Assembly: GCA_030426125.1 (NCBI GenBank) | Contig: JAUHZB010000001.1 | Location: 158,583-222,582, forward strand | DNA from: a bacterium | Lineage (GTDB): Bacteria > Patescibacteriota > Saccharimonadia > Saccharimonadales > AWTP1-31 | Length of the DNA: 64,000 nt | Reading direction: 5' to 3' | Shown here: positions 36,401 to 44,483 of the stretch, piece after piece | Layout of the letters: every line of letters begins with the position of its first letter | Position numbering within the stretch: the first letter of the stretch is position 1 | The notes under the pieces: generated by a model | What the model was told of the DNA's origin: nothing | What the model saw: only the letters and a program-made list of their open reading frames with translations | Databases searched by the model: none | Made by a program: the position numbers and the translations under genes

Positions 36401-37232
36401 AGATTTAATTCAGCAAAGTCTACAACTCATCTGCCTGTTACTAATATCTCTAATCCTAGCTACTACCTTTAAACAAAGAGAAATGCTAAAGATAGCTGAG
36501 GGTATAAAGCAACAAGCTATCTATTCTCAGCAAAGACTAATGAAACAACGTAATGACTTCATAGACAAAGCATCAAGTGTACTCTCCAGCAACTACGACA
36601 ACTTGAAGATAGCTAGCGCAAAACTATCTTCGATTCCGGAAGCTAAACCACTATTTAATGGTCTAGCTATGCTCTCGGACACAGTAACTAGTCTTAGTGG
36701 TGTGAACCGTTTGAGCCAGCTATCTAGTGATGCTCCGGTTCTAAACCTTAGTCAAGAAATATCTCAGATAGCAAACCAGTTCACTGACTCAGCCAATACA
36801 AAAAATGTAAGTATTAAATTGGATATTGCTCCGGGTAGTAGTCTTAACATCCAGCCCGAAGAGTTAAGACAGCTAGTTGGTTCCACTCTGGACAATGCCT
36901 TAAAGCATAGCCCTGAAGGTTCAACTGTATTAATTAAAACTAGCTCTTCCGGAAAACATGTCAACATTAATATAACTGACCAAGGCTCAGGAATACCTAA
37001 AGATAAATTAGATCAATTATTCCAACCTTTCACTAAAACAGCTGATGTAGAAACCTATGACCAACCTGGTCTTGGTCTAAGTCTGTATGTGAACAGATTA
37101 GTAGCTAAGAGACTTGGTGGAGATATTAAGATAACTAACAAGAAAGCTGGTGGGGCGGTGGTTAGAATCCAGTTACCCAAGGGCAAAGTGAAATCTAGCT
37201 CAGCGCCACGATTAGTTACACCTAACTACTAG
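33480..37232 (+). CDS. Giant sensor histidine kinase: signal anchor, FN3-like domain interrupted by 12 NHL blades, Pro/Asp linker, TM, H-box helix, 2 TM, His-less DHp-like helix, HATPase_c
   Basis: Twelve (N)NRIQKFDSxGN(F/Y)...WG repeats. H-box LINHHLNTPVAIMSGALELL (His codons 36042-36047). N box DNALKHS, G1 DQGSGIP, F FQPF, G2 GLGLSL. Confidence 0.85.
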   Translation: MHNIIKPKERSILGLLFYYSPLLIIFGLFIYINAISEGAPSDVPAVKTVSTTNVTDESANLKAAVDPDAAVTERGFQLGETTSYGRSIIDNSNLDYYEYTDDIGPTNESNYRFDENSGIALDSSNNIYVSDTQNNRIQKFDSDGNFITKWGMYGNQNGEFRNPTGIALDFSNNIYVSDTQNNRIQKFDSDGNFQATWGSFGTGQNNLKAPLGLTVDSLGYVYVADTQNNRIQKFDSDGTFEANWGSFGSGNSQFSSPGHIVASSTDQIYVLDSGNNRIQKFDSSGNYLAQWGSSGTGNGQFSGAKSGIAVDSADNIYVSEMYPNYRIQKFDSDGTYITKWGSEGAGDGQIGSNSSWDFSGMAFSTNDRIYFSDSGNNRIQQFDSSGNYVEQYKPLITASNQFINPSAPQVDSNGNIFFGASDPSSGGYSIFKFGPDGNFLTKWGSSGSGDGQFDTVAGIALDDSSNVYLADSGNYRIQKFDSSGNFLTKWGSAGGGNGQFFAVSNIAVASNGDVFVSDSDYERIQKFDSSGNYITQWFSFGAMAVDSQGDVYVTNSGGHNVQKYDSDGSYISSFGQIGTGTGQFFFPNSITIDHADNIYVGDLKAFYDIDYSVQKFDTDGNYISRIDSRDSAYQTAGLFSLASGFLGSKDGSELYLADTGNNRVRVFSGTILGVADDLDCGTTYHYRAFATNSNGTAYGDDKTFDTDDCDSTTNPDPPDEDTDPPADPPNLSDPPASDDTPVSPVSPLTPSTNTPESGLGSEPDETTGDNIPSIVQPGGELYQFQDSNPAEPKSFSDTAGQLISWLLLLILFVLSLIYGWRARRQYLSNKQLAMEVTKLISTKEATDTYLKLINHHLNTPVAIMSGALELLNSKAIIPANSAGYLQTNLDQYKQDVSNLSLDAQLAIADSTSGQPAPEFSETTKGQGFLLGLVSAIPKSGSVWRSPAVFAPVVVVSGALVLVILLFTNTQIFRLDLIQQSLQLICLLLISLILATTFKQREMLKIAEGIKQQAIYSQQRLMKQRNDFIDKASSVLSSNYDNLKIASAKLSSIPEAKPLFNGLAMLSDTVTSLSGVNRLSQLSSDAPVLNLSQEISQIANQFTDSANTKNVSIKLDIAPGSSLNIQPEELRQLVGSTLDNALKHSPEGSTVLIKTSSSGKHVNINITDQGSGIPKDKLDQLFQPFTKTADVETYDQPGLGLSLYVNRLVAKRLGGDIKITNKKAGGAVVRIQLPKGKVKSSSAPRLVTPNY
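33798..35490 (+). repeat. In-frame tandem array of about 141-nt (47-aa) NHL repeat units
   Basis: The motif aataac(a/c)g(a/t)atccagaaattcga(t/c)tct recurs with a period of about 141 nt. Units at 33841 and 33982 share a 41-nt identical run. Confidence 0.8.
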
Positions 37233-37262
37233 GTATTTGCATTTGGCGGGTATAATAGACTC

Positions 37263-37724
37263 ATGAATATGTTCAAAAGCGCCAAAGCTACCAATGTAGA
37301 AGAATATTTAGCTAACGTTCCTGAAGAAAGAAAAGATGCTATAAATTTCCTGCATCAATTTATCCAAAAGACCGTACCAGGGCTAAAAGTACACTTTGCC
37401 TACAATATGCTGGGTTATGGAAAGTTCAAATACATAGACTATAAGGGAAAAGAAAATGACTGGCCGATTGTAGCCCTAGCCAACCAGAAGAACTACATCA
37501 GTGTTTACGTTTGCGCGATAGATAAAGAGCACGGTCAGTATTTAGCTGAAGAGTATAAAGATCGTCTTGGTAAAGTTAGCGTAGGCAAGAGCTGTATTCG
37601 TTTTAACAAGTTAGAAAAAGTAAATCTAGACACCTTAAAAGAAGTGCTACTAAAAGCCGAGAAACAACCTGGCTTAATAGGCGCCAAAGAACATAAGGCT
37701 AAGAAAACAACAAAGAAGAAATAG
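37263..37724 (+). CDS. DUF1801 (YdhG-like) domain protein
   Basis: 153 aa. The pattern VEEYLANVPEERKDAINFLHQFI...ISVYV...GKSCIRF is typical of DUF1801, by recall. Confidence 0.65.
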   Translation: MNMFKSAKATNVEEYLANVPEERKDAINFLHQFIQKTVPGLKVHFAYNMLGYGKFKYIDYKGKENDWPIVALANQKNYISVYVCAIDKEHGQYLAEEYKDRLGKVSVGKSCIRFNKLEKVNLDTLKEVLLKAEKQPGLIGAKEHKAKKTTKKK

Positions 37725-37788
37725 CTTAAATAATCTTAAGCTATTAAGTAATAAAACAACTAAAAAGTATATAAACATAAGAATCTTA

Positions 37789-37816
37789 TTGACAAATAAG
37801 CAAAAGCGTGTATACT
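37789..37816 (+). promoter_or_regulatory. Near-consensus sigma70-type promoter
   Basis: TTGACA (37789-37794), 16-nt spacer, TATACT (37811-37816). Confidence 0.5.
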
Positions 37817-37933
37817 TATTAGTGTTGGATGATCAGAAAACAAACAAGAAAAAACCTTTACCTATAAATCTAAATCTAGATATATAAGTAAAAGTAAATA
37901 TCAATAAAATTAAAACAAAAAGGGTAACAACAG

Positions 37934-38017
37934 ATGAAATTTAATAAAATATTAGCTTACGAATTACTGCCAAGTAAGGATAATAGTATTATCGAATTTG
38001 ACGATATTCTAAGCTAA
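37934..38017 (+). CDS. Candidate 27-aa small ORF (MKFNKILAYELLPSKDNSIIEFDDILS)
   Basis: This is the only ATG-initiated frame I found by eye between the 37789 promoter and the 38036 terminator. The SD is weak (AAGGG). Coding status is unproven. Confidence 0.25.
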   Translation: MKFNKILAYELLPSKDNSIIEFDDILS

Positions 38018-38035
38018 CAAATATTAGTAAATGTA

Positions 38036-38071
38036 AATAATACTCCTCGGATTGCGGGGAGTATTATTTTT
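38036..38071 (+). terminator. Strong rho-independent terminator
   Basis: AATAATACTCCTCG (38036-38049) pairs with CGGGGAGTATTATT (38055-38068) around a 5-nt loop. The 3' arm runs into a T-tract that ends at 38071. Confidence 0.75.
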
Positions 38072-38090
38072 GTGGGTGTATAATGAGATC

Positions 38091-38450
38091 ATGAGCGATG
38101 CAGCAACCAGGAAAGATATTGATGAAGTTTTATCTGTCATTTCTGATTTCGCCGATAGAGTGGATGATAGATTTAATAAAGACGAAAGTCTATTACATAA
38201 GTTTGAATCACGGTTTGATCGGTTAGATGCAAGACTCGATAGTATAGAAACTGAGCTAGGTGATTTAAAGAGTGAAATATCTGAATTACGCGAGTCACAT
38301 AATAGGTTACTAAACACAGTCGATGGTTTTGTGGCCAGGATAGACAAATATGAAACCGAAATGGCAGCTCGGGATCGCCAATTTGAAAAGTTGGTTGAAT
38401 GGGCTAGGGAAGTTTCAAAGAAAACTGGTATTCCGCTAGATAATCTATAG
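38091..38450 (+). CDS. Coiled-coil hypothetical protein
   Basis: I place the start at the ATG at 38091 (MSDAATRKD...), since the track start at 38052 lies inside the terminator hairpin. TATAAT at 38079-38084 ends 7 nt before the ATG. Confidence 0.55.
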   Translation: MSDAATRKDIDEVLSVISDFADRVDDRFNKDESLLHKFESRFDRLDARLDSIETELGDLKSEISELRESHNRLLNTVDGFVARIDKYETEMAARDRQFEKLVEWAREVSKKTGIPLDNL

Positions 38451-38515
38451 TGCTAGGATTATAAACAACTACCGAATAATTAACTGAGGTGGTATAATAG
38501 CGGATGTTTTGTTTC

Positions 38516-38592
38516 GCCGGTGTAGCTCAGTTGGTTAGAGCACAGGACTCATAAGCCTGGGGTCAGTGGTTCAAATCCACTCACCGGCACCA
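38516..38592 (+). tRNA. Elongator tRNA-Met (CAU)
   Basis: GCCGGTGTAGCTCAGTTGGTTAGAGCACAGGACTCATAAGCCTGGGGTCAGTGGTTCAAATCCACTCACCGGCACCA. G1-C72 is paired and the variable loop is GGGUC, as in E. coli elongator tRNA-Met (by recall). There is one A31:G39 mismatch. Confidence 0.85.
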
Positions 38593-38631
38593 GTTTAGGA
38601 TAATATTACCCAGTATTTATACTGGGTTTAT

Positions 38632-39165
38632 TTAATTATATTGTTTGGTAGGCAAGGCTTGCCAGTTCGTTAAGTTCTCTAAAATGAATGAATGAATAGT
38701 TCTCACGTCATCAAATATTTCTTGCGATTTTAGATTTCTTAGTTCTTTTAGGCTAAATAGTCTAATATCTTGTGACTCATTAACATCAGGTTTATCTTTA
38801 GGGGGTTGTTCTGCAGTAAAAGCGTAGGTAATGTCACTATGAAAGTGATTCATTTCGCTATCGAAAGGGTGGGTATTAATAGCTATAGGTTGAGGATGTA
38901 TTTTGCTATTTGTTAGTTCATCTAGTCTAACCTTTGGTTGAAGAATTTTTAGTTGGTTTATGTCATAGCCAGACTCTTCTTTTAGTTCGTGAACAATTGC
39001 TTGCCAGGGATTTTCGTTGGTTTCAACGTGTCCACCAAACTGCAAATAGACACCCAACTTTTTGTGCTTATGAAGAATTACTTTGGGTTCACTAGAATCA
39101 AGACGAACAATAACTGCGCTAACTGTTAAGTCATGGTCACCTTTTTTTGTATGAATGTGGGGCAT
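38632..39165 (-). CDS. NUDIX hydrolase
   Basis: Nudix box GGHVETNENPWQAIVHELKEESGY. Confidence 0.8.
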   Translation of the reverse strand: MPHIHTKKGDHDLTVSAVIVRLDSSEPKVILHKHKKLGVYLQFGGHVETNENPWQAIVHELKEESGYDINQLKILQPKVRLDELTNSKIHPQPIAINTHPFDSEMNHFHSDITYAFTAEQPPKDKPDVNESQDIRLFSLKELRNLKSQEIFDDVRTIHSFILENLTNWQALPTKQYN

Positions 39166-39192
39166 AACTTCATGGTATCATGTATTTTCAGT

Positions 39193-40236
39193 ATGAAACT
39201 TGATGAAATAACCTACAACTTACCAAAAGAGCGTATTGCTCTGCATCCCCCAAAGAATCGTGGTGAATCGCGTTTGTTGGTGTTAAATAAAGAATCGGGG
39301 AAAATACAAGATTCTTTGTATAAGCAGCTGGCTGATCATCTAAAACCTGGTGACTTATTGGTACTAAACAACACTCGAGTATTGCCAGCTAGATTACTAT
39401 GTAAGACAAAGAGCGGTCTTGAGCGAGAATTGCTGCTACTCGAAAAGCATGGTTCTGGTGGTATAGACAACGAACATCATCGCTCCAAAGTAATGTATCG
39501 TGGAAAGCTTAAGTCTGGTCAGCAGCTGTTCTTAGATGAGCATTCCATAACCATAGATAAGCTAAATGATGACGGAACCGCAGAAGTTAGTAGTTCTAGC
39601 AACTTATGGGATTTAGCGGAAGCAAAAGGGCATGTACCATTACCTCCGTATATGCATCGCCCGGATTCAGCCGAAGACCGGCGTCGCTACCAAACTGTTT
39701 TCGCTAAAGAAAAGGGATCAGTTGCTGCTCCGACCGCTAGTTTAAATATAACAGAAGATCTAATAACTGAACTTAAACAGCAGGGAATAAACATTGCCGA
39801 GCTAACACTGCATGTCGGTCTAGGAACTTTTATGCCAATTAGGGTAGAAGATGTAACTAAACATAAAATGCATCAGGAATACTTTGAATTGCCCACCTCT
39901 ACCATAGAAGTTATTCGGTCCACTAAAGAAAACAGAGGCCGAGTGGTAGCTGTTGGCACAACTGTAGCTAGAACTCTGGAATATGCTGCTGGAGAGATAT
40001 TGAGTAGTCCAACAAAAAGAAACACAATTAGTGGGGAAGCAGATATCTTCATTTATCCAGGCTATAACTTTAAAGTTATTGATGGACTGCTCACTAATTA
40101 CCATGCTCCGGACTCGACCGTTCTAATGATGGCCGCTGCTTACGCTGGGCCAGACACTTTATTAAAGGCTTATGAACACGCGTTAAGCAAAGACTATATG
40201 TTCCTTAGCTACGGCGATAGTATGTTAATTATTTGA
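39193..40236 (+). CDS. queA: S-adenosylmethionine:tRNA ribosyltransferase-isomerase
   Basis: I place the start at the ATG at 39193 (MKLDEITYNLPKERIALHP). Motifs: ESRLLV, VLNNTRVLPARL, PLPPYM, YQTVFA, VAAPTASL, VGTT..R.LE. Confidence 0.9.
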   Translation: MKLDEITYNLPKERIALHPPKNRGESRLLVLNKESGKIQDSLYKQLADHLKPGDLLVLNNTRVLPARLLCKTKSGLERELLLLEKHGSGGIDNEHHRSKVMYRGKLKSGQQLFLDEHSITIDKLNDDGTAEVSSSSNLWDLAEAKGHVPLPPYMHRPDSAEDRRRYQTVFAKEKGSVAAPTASLNITEDLITELKQQGINIAELTLHVGLGTFMPIRVEDVTKHKMHQEYFELPTSTIEVIRSTKENRGRVVAVGTTVARTLEYAAGEILSSPTKRNTISGEADIFIYPGYNFKVIDGLLTNYHAPDSTVLMMAAAYAGPDTLLKAYEHALSKDYMFLSYGDSMLII

Positions 40237-40294
40237 GTAGCTCAGTATCCAGTTAAGGTTATTCTACAGGGGTAATGGTATAATATAGGCTCTT

Positions 40295-41503
40295 ATGAAA
40301 GATTTTTCCTTTTCCATAACCCATCGCTCTTCAGATTCGTCAGCCCGAGTTGGCGTTATCCATACTCCCCACGGCGATATCCAGACCCCAGCCTTTATTG
40401 TTGGTGGTACACAGGCAACTGTAAAAGCAATGACCAACGAAATGGTTAAAGAAATAGGTGGTCAGGCAGTGCTAGCTAATACTTATCATTTAATGCTTAG
40501 GCCAGGGGCAGATATAGTGGAGCAAGCTGGTGGGTTGGCTAAGTTTATGAATTGGCAGGGTCCTACTTTTACTGACAGTGGTGGTTTCCAGGTTTTTAGT
40601 TTAGGTATGGCTTACAAAAAAGGCATTGATGCTGTCGCTCACTCTCAGAAAGGTGACGCTAACAAAGCCAAAGCATCCTCTAAGCAGCTAGCCAAAGTAG
40701 ATGATGATGGTGTTAGCTTTAGTTCTCACTTAGATGGTAGTAAGCTGAGAATGACCCCAGAATCTAGCATGCAGTTGCAGTGGCAAATTGGGGCAGATAT
40801 TCACATGGCTTTTGATGAATTAACCTCACCGCTGGCTGACGAAAAATACTTAAGGGTTGCCATAGATAGAACTCACGCCTGGGCCGAGCGCTGTGTAGCC
40901 GAGCATAAGATCCAGTGGAAAGAGCATCAGAAACAAGGAAAACCTTATCAGTCACTCTGGGCGGTAGTTCAAGGAGCTCGTAGTAAGGAACTGCGAATTG
41001 AATCAGCTAAATTTATGGCCGGCCTTGATGTTGATGGCTTTGGTATTGGCGGAGTCTTTGAACCGTCTGAAATACCTTCAGTCGTTAAGTGGGTTTGCGA
41101 TAACCTGCCAGAAGATAAGCCTAGACATTTACTAGGAATAGGTAGTGCTGTAACCGATTTGTTTCTAGCCATTGAGCAGGGCATAGATACTTTTGACTGC
41201 GTTGCTTTTACTAGACAAGCTCGTAATGGTAGTTTGTATACTTCCGAGGGGAGGATAAATATTACCAACCAGAAATATAAAGACGACTTTAAAAGCATTG
41301 ATCAGCAGTGTGGTTGTTATACCTGCGCAAATTATAGCGCTAGTTACATTCACCACTTGCTACGTGCTAACGAGATCTTAGGATTGACCTTAGCTTCAAT
41401 ACACAATGAATATTTTGCAGTTAATTTAGTCGATAGAATCCGTGAATCATTAATCGAAGGTAATTACCAGCAGTTGAAGGATAAGTACTTCGCAGTATAT
41501 TAG
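40295..41503 (+). CDS. tgt: Queuine/preQ1 tRNA-ribosyltransferase
   Basis: Motifs TPAFI.VGT.ATVK, TDSGGFQV and LLGIG, plus the zinc motif CGCYTC....SYIHHL. Confidence 0.9.
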   Translation: MKDFSFSITHRSSDSSARVGVIHTPHGDIQTPAFIVGGTQATVKAMTNEMVKEIGGQAVLANTYHLMLRPGADIVEQAGGLAKFMNWQGPTFTDSGGFQVFSLGMAYKKGIDAVAHSQKGDANKAKASSKQLAKVDDDGVSFSSHLDGSKLRMTPESSMQLQWQIGADIHMAFDELTSPLADEKYLRVAIDRTHAWAERCVAEHKIQWKEHQKQGKPYQSLWAVVQGARSKELRIESAKFMAGLDVDGFGIGGVFEPSEIPSVVKWVCDNLPEDKPRHLLGIGSAVTDLFLAIEQGIDTFDCVAFTRQARNGSLYTSEGRINITNQKYKDDFKSIDQQCGCYTCANYSASYIHHLLRANEILGLTLASIHNEYFAVNLVDRIRESLIEGNYQQLKDKYFAVY

Positions 41504-41553
41504 TCGATTTAGTTGCTTGCTCTTGTACTACATAAACAGATACAATTAGAGTT

Positions 41554-42114
41554 ATGAGAGAAGGAAGGTTAATAGCACCCAGGTCCAAAAGAAGACCTGA
41601 GAAAGTCCCTGACTATTTTGCGGACAGTGTTCTTGATGTTGACTTTGCAGTGCTAAAAAAACTTGGGGTTAAACATATTGTCATAGACTTAGACTTAACA
41701 CTTAAAAAGAAGCTACAGTGGCATCTTGAAAAAGAAGTTGTAGATTACCTGCTTGAGGCTAAGAAGAAACATGGCTTTAAATCTATAAGCATTGCAACTA
41801 ATAACATGCTAAATATTAACCGGTACGCCAAAGCGCTTTCAGCCAATGTTTTTCAACCATACTGGCAGGGACTCCGCCTTATTAGAAAACCCAATCAGAA
41901 GTACTTTCAGAAGATATTTAAATACCTAAAAGCTAAACCTAGTGAATGTGTTATTATTGGCGACAAATTAAAGTCTGATGTATATGGTGGCAATAGAGCT
42001 GGGATGCTAACAGTTCGAGTAAGAGCCAAAGGTCAAGACTATTGGTATGATTGGGTGTTGTTTACTAGATTAAGGGAGAGTCGGCAGTTATCTAAGTACA
42101 TCAAGAAAAAGTAA
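41554..42114 (+). CDS. HAD-superfamily phosphatase, YqeG-like (subfamily IIIA)
   Basis: Motifs IVIDLDLTL, ISIATNN and IIGDKLKSDVYGGNRAGM. Confidence 0.65.
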   Translation: MREGRLIAPRSKRRPEKVPDYFADSVLDVDFAVLKKLGVKHIVIDLDLTLKKKLQWHLEKEVVDYLLEAKKKHGFKSISIATNNMLNINRYAKALSANVFQPYWQGLRLIRKPNQKYFQKIFKYLKAKPSECVIIGDKLKSDVYGGNRAGMLTVRVRAKGQDYWYDWVLFTRLRESRQLSKYIKKK

Positions 42115-42123
42115 TAAAATATT

Positions 42124-43161
42124 TTAATTATCTTTTTGCTTAGCTTTATGTTGCTCCCTTACCTCTGAAATAATTTGACGCTGTATATTTAGAGCAAGCT
42201 CTACTGGAACTCCGCTGTCCTCAGCGTCTTTGGTTAGCTCCTTTTCTATTTGAGTCTCTCGCTGCAAGTCTACTGGTGGTATTTGGTGAGTAGCTTTTAA
42301 GTTACCTACTCTGTCAGTTAACTTGAATCGTAGGCCTAGGAGTACCATTCTGTAGTGATCAATTACATCAAGGGTTTCTCTTAAGTTTTCAAGTTGTTCA
42401 AGTGGGTTTTGGGGTTCGTTCATAGCGTCAATTAGAACTTCAGCATGTAAGGCACAGATGGTCGAGATAAACTCGGAACGCATATTGGCGGCATGGGGGT
42501 TGTGTTGTTGGATAGTCTTAAATAGTTCAGGACTATGATGTCTTTCAACTTCAATTAAAGACATTAGCTTAGAAAAGTAACCTGTAGTAAGTGGCGAGTC
42601 TTCTATACCCATTTCTAGTAGACTTCGACCAATAATGAAAGGAAGCACGTGAACTCTGGCCATTTCACGGTCATGTTCGTCAGCAGTCATCTCGATGGTT
42701 TTTATGCCGCTATCTGTCCAGTGATCATTTAATTCATCTGCTTTTGGCCCAGCTGCGTCGGTTATTACTAAGTTCTTTCCACTAACACCCTCTTTGGTAG
42801 ATTGCGGTCCGAATAGAGGATGTGTTAGTAGGTAATTTTCACGGTCAAGCAGGCCATGTGCTCTGAATACTTCAGTTGGTTTTATTTTTACTGAGCAAAC
42901 ATCGACTATTAGCGAATCATCAGAGCTACGACTAGCTACCTCAGGTATCAGCTGATCGTAGGAATCAAAGGGTACTGCTAGCATCACAACGTCAGAATCC
43001 AGTACTTGATCTAAATTTGCAGCTTCAGCATTGCTTGGCAGCGGTTTGGTCGGATCGTTGTCATGAATCCGTACTGGAACACCTGGTGGCGCCAACCGGT
43101 TGGCGGCTAGATGGCCGAATTCACCATTGCCGATAATTCCAAGTGTCTCTATGTTTTTCAT
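42124..43161 (-). CDS. tyrA: Prephenate dehydrogenase with a C-terminal chorismate-mutase-like (CM_2) domain
   Basis: N-terminal GIIGNGEFG, VDVCSVK and HPLFGP. The last ~90 aa, LENLRETLDVIDHYRMVLLGLRFKLTDRVGNLK...DLQRETQIEKEL...NIQRQIISEVREQH, fit the AroQ pattern. Confidence 0.7.
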   Translation of the reverse strand: MKNIETLGIIGNGEFGHLAANRLAPPGVPVRIHDNDPTKPLPSNAEAANLDQVLDSDVVMLAVPFDSYDQLIPEVASRSSDDSLIVDVCSVKIKPTEVFRAHGLLDRENYLLTHPLFGPQSTKEGVSGKNLVITDAAGPKADELNDHWTDSGIKTIEMTADEHDREMARVHVLPFIIGRSLLEMGIEDSPLTTGYFSKLMSLIEVERHHSPELFKTIQQHNPHAANMRSEFISTICALHAEVLIDAMNEPQNPLEQLENLRETLDVIDHYRMVLLGLRFKLTDRVGNLKATHQIPPVDLQRETQIEKELTKDAEDSGVPVELALNIQRQIISEVREQHKAKQKDN

Positions 43162-43226
43162 GGCATGATTATTACATCAGATAGAGCAATCTACAAGTTT
43201 GTCCGTATGTCTGCTCAAAACCCAGG

Positions 43227-43874
43227 CTACAGCAAAGTACTCCAGTAGTACCAAAACCTATTCATAATTAGTAAGAATATAATTAAGTACCAGCTGAGTA
43301 GTATGTCTAGATGGTGTTTTTGCATGAATGCTACCAGCTGTTTATATTTGCTGTTGATCGTAATCACTCCATTACGCAGGTTATACAGTAGGCTGTACCA
43401 GAAAGTAGCAATCGTTACTGTCCAAACTACCATACACCAAGGGCATAGAGCGTTTATGCGGTACAGACTTTGGAAGGCTAACCAATGTACAAAAACAACG
43501 CCTAAGAAAGAGCCCAGCATTAAGCCCTTCATTATCCAAGCTTTGTATTTTACGCCAGATAGTAGTGATACGCCGATGGTTATGAGTACTGCAAAGGCAG
43601 CTAGTCCAATAAAAGGATTAGGGAAGCCAAAGGCTGAGGCTTGATCAGTCTTTATTACCGAACCACAACTGATGATGGGGTTAATGTTACAGTTGGGAAT
43701 AAAGTTCGGATTTTTTATTAACTCTATCTTGTCCATGGTTAATGCAAAAGAGGCATACAGTCCAATAGCTCCACCAATTACAAGTAAGTAGCCAAAAGCT
43801 TTGTCTAGTTTGCTGTTAAAATTCTGTTTTAGAGACTTATCATCGACTGTTTTATTTGTAGATTTTTTTGTCAT
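43227..43874 (-). CDS. Vitamin K epoxide reductase (VKOR) family protein
   Basis: Loop cysteines CNINPIISC and the active-site CPWC, in a multi-TM protein. Confidence 0.8.
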   Translation of the reverse strand: MTKKSTNKTVDDKSLKQNFNSKLDKAFGYLLVIGGAIGLYASFALTMDKIELIKNPNFIPNCNINPIISCGSVIKTDQASAFGFPNPFIGLAAFAVLITIGVSLLSGVKYKAWIMKGLMLGSFLGVVFVHWLAFQSLYRINALCPWCMVVWTVTIATFWYSLLYNLRNGVITINSKYKQLVAFMQKHHLDILLSWYLIIFLLIMNRFWYYWSTLL

Positions 43875-43913
43875 ATAGATATATTAGCACTTTTTAGTTT
43901 TTCAGTTGCTAGC

Positions 43914-44462
43914 TTATATTAGTTGAATTAGGGTGCTGTTGGCGATATGTTCTCGCCAGTTAAGTTGTTTTTGGTGCTTATCGTTTATGGCCTTCTTTAG
44001 GGCCCGGCCGATAGAGCCATGACCAACTAATAGTACATTGCCGTCGTGACCCTCTACTTTATCTAGTAGCTTCTTTGCTCTATCTATGACTTCGTCCCAT
44101 GGCTCAACACCTTCAGGTAAATTGTCGTTTAGTAGTTGTTGGCTACGCTCCTTATTATAACGAGTTCCTTCCAGGGAGCCGAAGTCTCGCTCAGTTAGTA
44201 AGGGCTCTATGATTATTTTAGGTTCAGTGATGCTAGCTCCTTTAGTGAATAATTCAGCCGTTTCCTTAGCCCGTGATAATGGGGAGCTGTAGATGGCAGA
44301 AAATTTTATAGTAGTTACGAGTTGTGAGTTTTTAAGTTTTTCGCCAGCTAGTAGTGCTTCTTGGCGCCCAATATCTGAAAGGGACGAGTCAGTACTCCCG
44401 CAGAATAGATATTTAATGTTCAGTTCACTTAAACCGTGTCTTAGATAGAAAAGTTTATTCAT
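43914..44462 (-). CDS. Histidine phosphatase (phosphoglycerate-mutase family)
   Basis: LRHG motif at the N-terminus, plus SPLSRA and VGHG. Confidence 0.8.
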   Translation of the reverse strand: MNKLFYLRHGLSELNIKYLFCGSTDSSLSDIGRQEALLAGEKLKNSQLVTTIKFSAIYSSPLSRAKETAELFTKGASITEPKIIIEPLLTERDFGSLEGTRYNKERSQQLLNDNLPEGVEPWDEVIDRAKKLLDKVEGHDGNVLLVGHGSIGRALKKAINDKHQKQLNWREHIANSTLIQLI

Positions 44463-44483
44463 TTACTGCTAAAATTATAACTG

